A DNA stretch of 64,000 nucleotides from a virus: the IMG/VR virus record IMGVR_UViG_3300037493_003174, positions 1 to 64,000 of that record; one strand, 5' to 3'. The first letter of the stretch is position 1, and each line of letters starts with the position of its first letter. The notes below the pieces were generated by a model that saw nothing but the letters and a program-made list of their open reading frames with translations, was not told the origin of the DNA and did not search any database. Shown one piece after another: positions 20,268-29,307 of this stretch. The translations under genes and the position numbers were made by a program.

Positions 20268-23200
20268 ATGAAAAAAAGAGTTAGAATCTATAAGAGCCCA
20301 ACAGGTGAAGGACAGTTTTTAAATAAGACTGCACAATTTTTACGTAAAGCTCAGATGGGTGGTGCACCTACTGCAGAAGAATTATCATATCCGGGTGCTA
20401 CTCAAGGTCAAACACAACAAGTAGATGATAATCAACTTGCTTCATTAGTACTACAAGATATTAGTAACTCAAGACCAAAAGAAGAGATAGTAGTTAAGTT
20501 GGTGAATATGTATGGTAAAGATCCAATGGAAGCAACTACTTTGGTAAATCAAATGTATACTTATCTTGAAGAACAATCAGAAGCACAGAAAGAAGAAGAT
20601 TCTGAAGAATCATCAGATGAAGAAATTACAGGTGGAGATCCAGAAGATGCTCAGGAGGAAACAGTAATGAATCCTGTTCAAGAAATTGAAGAAGACTTCT
20701 ATGGTGATGACATGAATAATGATATGGCAAATCAAGTTGCTAATGAAGATGATGAAGTAGAAGATGATGATACTGATGTTGCTTCTCAAGTAGTAATGAT
20801 GAGAGGCGGCTACATGAGAGCACAAGATGGAGCAGAAATAGAAAGTGAATATCCAATTGTATTTCCAGGAGTTGAAGCATACTTACCTGCAAACATGTCT
20901 GACATGATGGGTGGTAGTTATGATGTAGCAACTGGAGAAGCTTGGCAAAGACCAGAGTTTACTGCACCTGAAACTTCAGATGATGCTGGTATCTCATATG
21001 GTTATATGGATCAAGGTGCAGAGGAAGCAATGGTAGAAGATGCCCCTGAAGGAATACCAACAGAAGAAAGTGAGTATAGAAAAGGTGGAGCTTACAAAAA
21101 AGGTAAGAGTGCTTATGTAAATTCTGTACTTAAGTTAGTTAAGAAACAAATAGGTGGAGATCAAGAAAATAATAATCCTAATGACCTTACTAAAAAAGAA
21201 GATCAATCAGATCCAATTGGAAATGATTTAAGAAGAGGTATCTTAAGTAATTATATTGGAACCCTTAAGAATCAAGGTCAGATGGCTGTTGCTAAAGAAG
21301 AAGCAGAACAACAGTATGATCAAATGATGCAACAGCAACAAATGATGCAACAGGGTATGCCTCAAGCTCCAATGAATTATTCTGAAAATGGTGAAATGCT
21401 TGATGAAGCTCAGTTTGGTGGATTGTTTAATAGAAGAAGAAATCAAGAAGGTCAAGAGAGAAGAGGCTTGTTCAATAGAAAACCAAGGATTCCACAAGGA
21501 TTTGGTTATGGCTATCCTCCAATAGAATCAGTAGATGTATACAAGAGAGGTATATTTGGTAGACCAAAAGAATACTCAGTTAACTTTGGACAAATGCCAT
21601 CTGTTATGCCAGGTTATGGTATGCAAGGTAGTGGACCAGGTTTCTATGGTTATGGTTATACAGGTACTAAAAAGACTCCTGCAAGAAAAATTGTAGAAGA
21701 TAATGCTATTTATGTAAATAGTCAAGCTAATAAAGATGTAGCTGTAGTTACTCCGGGTAATGAAGCAACTAATAAAGATGTTAAGGTTGAAGAAAAAGTT
21801 GAAGTAAAAGCTGATGGTACAACAGAAACAGTTGCAACTACTGAAGTTAAAACTCCTGGGACTGAAACTCCGGTTACTGTAAACAGTTCTAAAACTGCAA
21901 AAGAAAAACAAGTTACTAAAGATCAAGTAAAAGGTCAAAAAGAAGTTAATGTTCAGAAACGTGCTGATGGTATTTACACTTATCCAAATAAGACTGCAAT
22001 TTATAAGAAACAAAATAACCAGTGGTATATTGATATAACTGGTGTAGGAAATGCATTTCAAAAAGTTTCTTCTGGAGATGTAGAGGGTAGAGTAAATGCA
22101 TTAGAAAAAAATGCTGTAACATATGTTCAACCAAAAGCTAAAGTAGTACCCATTCCTATTGGAAATAGGCCTGACTTAATGAAAGATGCAACAGGAGTAG
22201 CTTCTCAAGTAAGACAGGTTGCAGTTCCAACTTATGATTTTAAAAAACCAAAACCAAAAGTTAACGCTTTTGATATGGATAAAATTATGGCTCCAATAAA
22301 AGATCCATTCATGTTCCCAAGACAAACAGTGATTGATCCAAAAGGATCACAACTTTTTGGATTACAAGATGGAGGTATCATACAAGATCCTTTTTCTGAT
22401 GAGTATGGTAATCTTCAAAGATTTGTTTATGGAGGAGATGATGATCTATCACTTGCAAATATGGATCAGTCTGATATTGATTACACAGGATCAGAAGATG
22501 TAACAGATCCATACTTTCAAAAAGGAGGTTTGCTTAAAAACTTGTTTCCTGCTAACTTAAATAGAAATTACAGTACAGAATATAGAGGTGCACGTAATGC
22601 TGCAGGAGAAGTTGTTCCTGGTTATTTTGGTAAGAATTCACAACTTAAATCAGTAGATGTTCAAAAAACAGGTTTATTAAGTGGAAGACCTAAGAAGTAT
22701 TCAGTTACTTTTAGTAATCAAAGTTCTGATCCAACTAAACCAATGATTAGTTTAGATAGACCAGGTACAGAAAGTGTTATACCTAAAAAAGCTCCTATGG
22801 CTTTATCTCAAAGAGAAATGGATAGAGGTGATAGACAAGCAGGAAGACAGAGACCATTAACTGCTGGTAAAAAATATGAAAAATATTTTGAAGAACCTGT
22901 ATTGAATGAGGAAGAACAAGCAAAAGCTTTTGATAATCAATTAAAATATCAAGCTAATGTAGATGCTTATCATAAGGAAAGATCAGATAATACTGCAATG
23001 ATTAATAAAATGTTTAATCAAAAAGGAGAACAGCCTGGAATAACACAAAATCAAATGCAAGAGTTTCAGCAGATGATTGGTAATCAAACAGGAATACCTA
23101 GTTATGCTGAATCTCCATATCCAACTCAAGTAATGCGTCCTGAAGGTGAGTTTCCTGAAGGATATGTACAAAGGAATCCAATGTATGGTGCAGCATCAGA

Positions 23201-23969
23201 TAGCTATGAAAGTTACTTAGACTTTATAAATAGTGGTATGCCTTTAGGACAAGGTATGACAAGAAATGAGATGACAAGAGAGCAGTACATGGGAGAGTAT
23301 GGTCATTATAATGATGGTGGTGCTTTAAGAAAGTTTATACCTACTGCTCAGTATGGTGGTGATAGCCCTGTAGTATATACTAATAATCCAGCAATGGATG
23401 GGATGACAGATGTTGATATGTTATCTCTTAACCCTGGTATTCAAGATTTAGATCAATCATCTTTAACAAGTTTTATGAATGTTGATAGTCCTACAAGAGA
23501 TCAATCACAAGACCCAAAACAATATACTGTAGATCCAAATCAAGCTTCAAGACAACAAACTGAAAAAGTTTATGAACCTGAAGGAGATGTAACATATGAC
23601 TTTAAAACAAAAACTAATGTTGATCCACAAGCAGCTTTACTTACAGGTAATGCAGCTGCTAAAGGAGTTTTAGGATTTGTTGATAGAATGCAAAATAAAA
23701 AGAACGAGGCAAAAATGTATAAAAATCTTACTTCTGATAATTTATATGCAAGTGATCCTAGTAGAGACCGTGGTGATTATGAATCAAACTCTGGTTTATA
23801 TAGACCAGATGACATGGGTGAAACTTGGAATAGTAGATCTGCACAAATGGGTGGTCAAAATAGTTATCTTAATGAAGATCCTGACTATGTAGAAGGAGAT
23901 GAAGTTGATATGACAGATGAAGAATTAGCAAACTTTATTGCTAACGGTGGTGAAGTTGAATATTTATAA
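20268..23969 (+). CDS. Low-complexity virion cargo protein with multiple xxxGG motifs
   Basis: 1233 aa; acidic and Q/M-rich; about 12 GG motifs; internal repeats. Confidence 0.55.
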   Translation: MKKRVRIYKSPTGEGQFLNKTAQFLRKAQMGGAPTAEELSYPGATQGQTQQVDDNQLASLVLQDISNSRPKEEIVVKLVNMYGKDPMEATTLVNQMYTYLEEQSEAQKEEDSEESSDEEITGGDPEDAQEETVMNPVQEIEEDFYGDDMNNDMANQVANEDDEVEDDDTDVASQVVMMRGGYMRAQDGAEIESEYPIVFPGVEAYLPANMSDMMGGSYDVATGEAWQRPEFTAPETSDDAGISYGYMDQGAEEAMVEDAPEGIPTEESEYRKGGAYKKGKSAYVNSVLKLVKKQIGGDQENNNPNDLTKKEDQSDPIGNDLRRGILSNYIGTLKNQGQMAVAKEEAEQQYDQMMQQQQMMQQGMPQAPMNYSENGEMLDEAQFGGLFNRRRNQEGQERRGLFNRKPRIPQGFGYGYPPIESVDVYKRGIFGRPKEYSVNFGQMPSVMPGYGMQGSGPGFYGYGYTGTKKTPARKIVEDNAIYVNSQANKDVAVVTPGNEATNKDVKVEEKVEVKADGTTETVATTEVKTPGTETPVTVNSSKTAKEKQVTKDQVKGQKEVNVQKRADGIYTYPNKTAIYKKQNNQWYIDITGVGNAFQKVSSGDVEGRVNALEKNAVTYVQPKAKVVPIPIGNRPDLMKDATGVASQVRQVAVPTYDFKKPKPKVNAFDMDKIMAPIKDPFMFPRQTVIDPKGSQLFGLQDGGIIQDPFSDEYGNLQRFVYGGDDDLSLANMDQSDIDYTGSEDVTDPYFQKGGLLKNLFPANLNRNYSTEYRGARNAAGEVVPGYFGKNSQLKSVDVQKTGLLSGRPKKYSVTFSNQSSDPTKPMISLDRPGTESVIPKKAPMALSQREMDRGDRQAGRQRPLTAGKKYEKYFEEPVLNEEEQAKAFDNQLKYQANVDAYHKERSDNTAMINKMFNQKGEQPGITQNQMQEFQQMIGNQTGIPSYAESPYPTQVMRPEGEFPEGYVQRNPMYGAASDSYESYLDFINSGMPLGQGMTRNEMTREQYMGEYGHYNDGGALRKFIPTAQYGGDSPVVYTNNPAMDGMTDVDMLSLNPGIQDLDQSSLTSFMNVDSPTRDQSQDPKQYTVDPNQASRQQTEKVYEPEGDVTYDFKTKTNVDPQAALLTGNAAAKGVLGFVDRMQNKKNEAKMYKNLTSDNLYASDPSRDRGDYESNSGLYRPDDMGETWNSRSAQMGGQNSYLNEDPDYVEGDEVDMTDEELANFIANGGEVEYL

Positions 23970-23977
23970 TTTAAGCT

Positions 23978-26281
23978 ATGTTAAGAAGAGTAAGAATTAA
24001 ATCTGTACCAAAAGCTAGAACAGGGTATCAAGTTAATGGTGGTTTAGCTAATGATGTACCATCATTTGGTGGTGCTGATTACAATGCATATATTGGTGAA
24101 CAACCATCTGAGGTAAAGAGAACACTATCTGCGGTTCCAAGAAAAGAAGCTAATCTAGAAGCTGAAGGTGGAGAAACTGTAATAGGAAATATTGATGGTA
24201 GTATGATGCCCTCTTTTTTTACAATTACTGGTCCACGCCACAGTAGTGGAGGTGTTCCATTAAACTTACCAGATGACAGTTTTATTTTTAGTGATACTAA
24301 GTCAATGAAGATTTCAGACCCAACTATTCTAAAAATGTTTAATGCTAATCCTAAGAAAGGTGGATACACTCCGGCTGACTTATCTAAGAAATATGATCTT
24401 AACAGGTATAGAAAAATACTTCAAGATCCTAATTCAGATAAGATGGATAGAAAGACTGCTGAGATGATGATTAAGAATTACACCATGAAACTTGGTGCTT
24501 TAGCATTAGCTCAAGAGTCTAAGAAAGGATTTCCTCAAGGTATACCTGAATTATCAAAACCTTATATGGAGTCTAATGGAATTACTGAAGAAGACTTACT
24601 ACCACAAAAACCACAACCACAACAGCAGATGCCGTCACAAGAAATGATGGAGGCTCCTGAAATGGAAGGTATGGAAGAGATGCCAATGGAAATGCCAAAT
24701 GGGGAACAGATAGCTCAACCTCAGTCTATGGAGCAAGATATGGCTGCTCAGGAAATGATGCAACAACAAGCTCCTATGGCTTATAGTGGTCAACCAATGG
24801 CTATGTATGGGATGTCAATGGGAGGTTATGAGTTTCCTTATGAGTCAAATGAAATGGCTTATGGAGGATTGACTAAAGCACAAACTGGAGTTATCACACC
24901 TTATGAAGAAGCAAGAACAAAACAAGGAAATGTAACTCCAACGGGTACATCAAATAAGTTTAGTTCACGTAAACAATCATTAAATGATTATTTAAAACAA
25001 TGGGAAGATAGTATTCCTGGTATTGGTAAAATGACAGAAGGCCAAGCACAAAAAGCTATTTATGAATGGACTTTAAAAAACAATCCTGAAAGCATTAAGA
25101 ATATGTGGACAACACATGGTCTTACAGCTAAAGGTATGAAGAATGCAAAATTAAAAGCATTGAGTAAAGATGGGTCAGGTAAATTTACTGAAGAACAATT
25201 AAAAGATCCTAAACTGTTAGAACAGTTGCAAGATGCATATGTAGATAATTATTTTGGTGTAAGACAATTAGATCCTGTAAAAGCAGAAGAAGTAAAAGAT
25301 GGGCCTGTATCAACAGAATGTCCATGTCTTGATGATAAAGGTGTAGCTATTGCAGGAAAGTTTGCTCAGAAGAATGAGAAAGATGAGTGTATGCCTGAAA
25401 CATGTACACCAAAAGAAAGCTGTGAATGTGATAGAGCAGATGGTACGGTATATGATCCAGGTATGAATACTGATGGTAGTTGTAAAGAATGTGAAGAAAT
25501 TATCACAGAAGAAGGAGATGTACTTAAACCGCCAGCAGAAAAAAGAGAACCAGAATGGTGGTTACAAGATACTGTAAATACTATGGGTGCATTTGGTGAT
25601 ATGATGAGTGCTAAGAAATATATGCCTTGGGAAGCAAGAGTTGATCTTGAAGAACCAAGACCTACATTCTTAGATCCTACAAGAGAACTAGCTGCACAAT
25701 CTGAACAAGCTAATATTGCAGCTCAAGCAGCTTCTTCATTTGCGGGTCCTCAAGCATTGAATGCAAGACTATCTCAGATACAAGGTCAAGGAGCTAGATC
25801 AGCTGCAGATACACTTAGTAGAATTAATAATCAAAATGTTAATATTGCTAATCAGTTTGAAGCAAATCAAGTTGGTGTAAGAAACCAAGAAAATCAAATG
25901 AATCAGCAAATGGCAACTAGAGTATATGACAAAAATGTTATTGCTAATCAACAGTTTGATAATGCTAAAAGACAAGGGGCTGCAAATATGAGACAGGCTT
26001 ACAATACTGCAGTAACAAATAGAATGAAGACAGATGCATTAAATCAAATGTATCCTAACTATCAAACTAGACCGGGTGTTGGAGGACGTGTAGAATATAC
26101 ACCAACTGACAAAGCTGTTGATCCAGGAGCAAAGCAAGCAACAATGGGAGAAGAATTAAAAGAATTAATGTCTCAAGGATTTAGTAAAGAGTCTGCTGAA
26201 AAATACCTTTTAAATAAATATAAAAAGAAAGGTGGTAGTACAACAGGATACGTATATACTGATTGGCCAATCTTCTTATAA
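23978..26281 (+). CDS. Virion cargo protein (EAEGGE/GPxHxxGG domain, Q/M-rich linker, coiled coil)
   Basis: 767 aa; NLEAEGGET..GPRHSSGGV..FIFSD; N/Q-rich helical C-terminus. Confidence 0.55.
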   Translation: MLRRVRIKSVPKARTGYQVNGGLANDVPSFGGADYNAYIGEQPSEVKRTLSAVPRKEANLEAEGGETVIGNIDGSMMPSFFTITGPRHSSGGVPLNLPDDSFIFSDTKSMKISDPTILKMFNANPKKGGYTPADLSKKYDLNRYRKILQDPNSDKMDRKTAEMMIKNYTMKLGALALAQESKKGFPQGIPELSKPYMESNGITEEDLLPQKPQPQQQMPSQEMMEAPEMEGMEEMPMEMPNGEQIAQPQSMEQDMAAQEMMQQQAPMAYSGQPMAMYGMSMGGYEFPYESNEMAYGGLTKAQTGVITPYEEARTKQGNVTPTGTSNKFSSRKQSLNDYLKQWEDSIPGIGKMTEGQAQKAIYEWTLKNNPESIKNMWTTHGLTAKGMKNAKLKALSKDGSGKFTEEQLKDPKLLEQLQDAYVDNYFGVRQLDPVKAEEVKDGPVSTECPCLDDKGVAIAGKFAQKNEKDECMPETCTPKESCECDRADGTVYDPGMNTDGSCKECEEIITEEGDVLKPPAEKREPEWWLQDTVNTMGAFGDMMSAKKYMPWEARVDLEEPRPTFLDPTRELAAQSEQANIAAQAASSFAGPQALNARLSQIQGQGARSAADTLSRINNQNVNIANQFEANQVGVRNQENQMNQQMATRVYDKNVIANQQFDNAKRQGAANMRQAYNTAVTNRMKTDALNQMYPNYQTRPGVGGRVEYTPTDKAVDPGAKQATMGEELKELMSQGFSKESAEKYLLNKYKKKGGSTTGYVYTDWPIFL

Positions 26282-26296
26282 ACTTAATAAGTTTAT
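26278..26296. promoter_or_regulatory. Palindromic operator-like site ATAAACTT-N3-AAGTTTAT
   Basis: 8-bp inverted repeat followed by a third TAAACTT half site. Confidence 0.5.
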
Positions 26297-26340
26297 TAAA
26301 CTTAAAAAATGTTGATACTTTTATAAAGAATTAGAATAAC

Positions 26341-29307
26341 ATGGCAACGTACTTACAAGGAGTTACAGATTATATACCACAGTTTCAACCGTTTCAACCG
26401 GACCTGAACTTCTATGGTAATATAATGCAAACTAAGCAAACCCAGTATGATACAAACTGGAAGTCTTTAAATAAAATGTATGGTCAGTATTATAATGCTG
26501 AGCTTACCCGTGATGGAAACATTTCAAAAAAAGATAGTTATTTAAAAGAAATTGAGTTTAACTTAAAAAGAGTATCACAGCTGGATTTGTCTCTAGAACA
26601 GAATGTAACTCAGGCAACTCAAATCTTTAAACCATTCTATGAAGACAAGTCCTTAATGAAAGATATGGCTTGGACAAAGAATTACAACAACCAAAGCAAT
26701 AGAGCAGAAATCTTTAAGGTTTCATCTGATGAAAAAGATAGAACTCAGTATTGGGAAACAGGTGTTAGAGAAATGCAATATTTAAAAGATGAGTTTAAAC
26801 TTGCTACAGATAGTGAAGCAATGAACTTTTCTAATGTAGAGTATACTCCTTATGTTAATGCTGTTGAGAAAGCTCAGGATGTTGCTAAAGAAGCTGGTCT
26901 TTCTGTTGAGTCAGTTGACTTTAGTAAAGATGGTAGATGGATTATAAAGACTAAGAATGGTCAACAACTTGTTGAACCCTTACAAAAGTTATTTGAAGCA
27001 CGCCTTGGTAGTGATCCTGCTATTCAAGCTGTATATAAAACACAGTCTTTTGTAAATAGAAAAGATTATGCATATTCTAATGCAGCACAATTTAAAGGAG
27101 ACAAGAATGCAGCAGAGATGAAATATCTTGAAAACAGTTTTAATGTTTTAAAAGAAAAAAGTACTGCAAGATATAAAGGTCTTCAAGAAAATTCTAAAAG
27201 CTATGATAATAAAATTGCTGATATTGAGAAGCAAATAAAAGATGGAAAAGCATCTCCAGAAGCTACACAAGCTTTAGAGCAGTATAAGATGAACAAAGAG
27301 ATCAATGATAAAGTTTTAGCCCGCGCAGAACAGGAACAAAAAGATCTTAATGGTGGTCAGTCAAGTACACCAACTACATCAAATGGTTTTGTTAATCCTT
27401 ATGGAGATCTTAAATCATTAAGATGGAAAGTTGATAATGGTATGGCTTCTTTGCTTATGCAAAAAGATTTAGATGAGGCAGCAAACATATTTGCATTTAA
27501 AGATGCAAAACAAGATATGGATGCTAATCCATATGCTGTACTTGCTGATAAACATAAGTATAGCATGCAACAAATTGCAACTAGAAATGCTGGTCTTGCA
27601 AATGCAGCAAGAATCCGTAATGAAGGTGAAAGAAAAACCATGCTTGACAAAGCTAGACTTACTGCTGGAACACATTATCAAGATGAACAGACAGGAGAGA
27701 TCAAACCAATTGAAGCTCTTGATCAAGTGTTTACAAGACAGAATGCAAGTGGAACGGCAACTCCAGAATTAGATATGAGAAAGGTGAGCAAGCAGATAGT
27801 TTCAATACAAACTAAATCTGTTGCTATTCCTTATTTAAAAAATGTAACCACACTTCTTGATCAGCTTGTAGCTAGCAAAAGTATGACAGAAAAACAAGCT
27901 TCTCAAATACTTGGTTATAACAAGAGTCCAAATATTAATAGAAAAACATTTAGTGATAAGCTAAATAAGTATGGAGTAACTTGGGTTACTAGTGAAGTTG
28001 GTGTAGAAGGTTTAAATAAGATAAAACGAAACATGTCTACATGGTTAAGTCAAAATAATCAGTTGTCAGGTTTAGATGGAACAGCTTATAATAGTTTTAA
28101 AAAATCATCATTAATGTTTGATGACTATACAAATTACTTAAAGGCTGATCAAGAGTGGAAAGCAAAGTCTTCAAAAGAAGTAGAAGGTGAATTAAGAAGA
28201 TTAGGTTATAAGAATGTAGATTACTTATATGATAATAATGGTAAGCAAAGAACTAAAGTAGAATACTTTGATGCACTAGCAAAAGCAGGTAAGATAAGTA
28301 AATCAGATGCTAAAGATTCTAAATCATATAAATCAGAAAACAGAACCTGGTTACAAAAACTTGGACCAGGTAACTGGATTGATATGGCTGTTGAAGCATA
28401 TAATGCACCAGATATTGATTATGATGAAATGGTTGGTGCTGCTAATAAAGTATATAGTACTGGAAAAGTAAAAGCTCAAGTTGTTGGTTTAGACAAACTA
28501 GGATCAATGTCAGGTTCAGGTACTTTTGCTCCTAATTCAAGTTCAATATTTGTAAATCCAAAAGGTCATACATCATCAAATATAAGATTTGGAGAAATAC
28601 TTTCAGATATGAGTAATGTTGATTGGGGTGCTAATAATAAAAACAAAGTAACATTTGGAGGTACTAGCGCAAATTCATATAATACAGCTTCTGGAAAAAA
28701 TAATACTGGTGTTGCTTTACTTGATCAAATTAGAGCAGAGTTAACTAGACCAGGTAAAACTAAGATGGGTAACTTTAGAGTTGACGTATCACCAATTGCA
28801 GCTGGAAGTATTAACAAATCTGCAGTTATTATTTATCCAGATGCAACATGGTTAAAAGGACAAGTATATACTAAAAATAAAGAAGGTGTAAAAACTAAAC
28901 CTGGATTAATTAGTGCAACTGAGTATGATCAAATTATGAAAAATGGTGTGTCATATGTAACTGATTCAGGAAATATGACAAACTCAGTTTATATGAGTGC
29001 TTATCAAACACCTTTAGAATCTTATGTTGATTACTTAGATACTAAAGGTCAAGCTTATGTTTATACTGATCCTTTAAGTTCTAACTATTCATTTAGTATT
29101 GAAAAAAACAAACTAGGCACAGGAGATTATATAACAACTTTTAAATATCCTGTTTGGAATAATAGTACAAAAAAATATGATTTTGAAACTGCAAGAGACA
29201 ATGTAACCAACTATGGTCAGGGTATGGAACAAGCAAGATTTCAAGCTATGGATTTGATAGAAAAGTATAAACAAATTAATAAAAGTTCATATAATGGCAA
29301 CAGATAA
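26341..29307 (+). CDS. Putative virion cargo/ejection protein
   Basis: 988 aa; helical coiled-coil N-half; N-terminal YIPQFQPFQP; immediately precedes the three giant genes. Confidence 0.5.
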   Translation: MATYLQGVTDYIPQFQPFQPDLNFYGNIMQTKQTQYDTNWKSLNKMYGQYYNAELTRDGNISKKDSYLKEIEFNLKRVSQLDLSLEQNVTQATQIFKPFYEDKSLMKDMAWTKNYNNQSNRAEIFKVSSDEKDRTQYWETGVREMQYLKDEFKLATDSEAMNFSNVEYTPYVNAVEKAQDVAKEAGLSVESVDFSKDGRWIIKTKNGQQLVEPLQKLFEARLGSDPAIQAVYKTQSFVNRKDYAYSNAAQFKGDKNAAEMKYLENSFNVLKEKSTARYKGLQENSKSYDNKIADIEKQIKDGKASPEATQALEQYKMNKEINDKVLARAEQEQKDLNGGQSSTPTTSNGFVNPYGDLKSLRWKVDNGMASLLMQKDLDEAANIFAFKDAKQDMDANPYAVLADKHKYSMQQIATRNAGLANAARIRNEGERKTMLDKARLTAGTHYQDEQTGEIKPIEALDQVFTRQNASGTATPELDMRKVSKQIVSIQTKSVAIPYLKNVTTLLDQLVASKSMTEKQASQILGYNKSPNINRKTFSDKLNKYGVTWVTSEVGVEGLNKIKRNMSTWLSQNNQLSGLDGTAYNSFKKSSLMFDDYTNYLKADQEWKAKSSKEVEGELRRLGYKNVDYLYDNNGKQRTKVEYFDALAKAGKISKSDAKDSKSYKSENRTWLQKLGPGNWIDMAVEAYNAPDIDYDEMVGAANKVYSTGKVKAQVVGLDKLGSMSGSGTFAPNSSSIFVNPKGHTSSNIRFGEILSDMSNVDWGANNKNKVTFGGTSANSYNTASGKNNTGVALLDQIRAELTRPGKTKMGNFRVDVSPIAAGSINKSAVIIYPDATWLKGQVYTKNKEGVKTKPGLISATEYDQIMKNGVSYVTDSGNMTNSVYMSAYQTPLESYVDYLDTKGQAYVYTDPLSSNYSFSIEKNKLGTGDYITTFKYPVWNNSTKKYDFETARDNVTNYGQGMEQARFQAMDLIEKYKQINKSSYNGNR

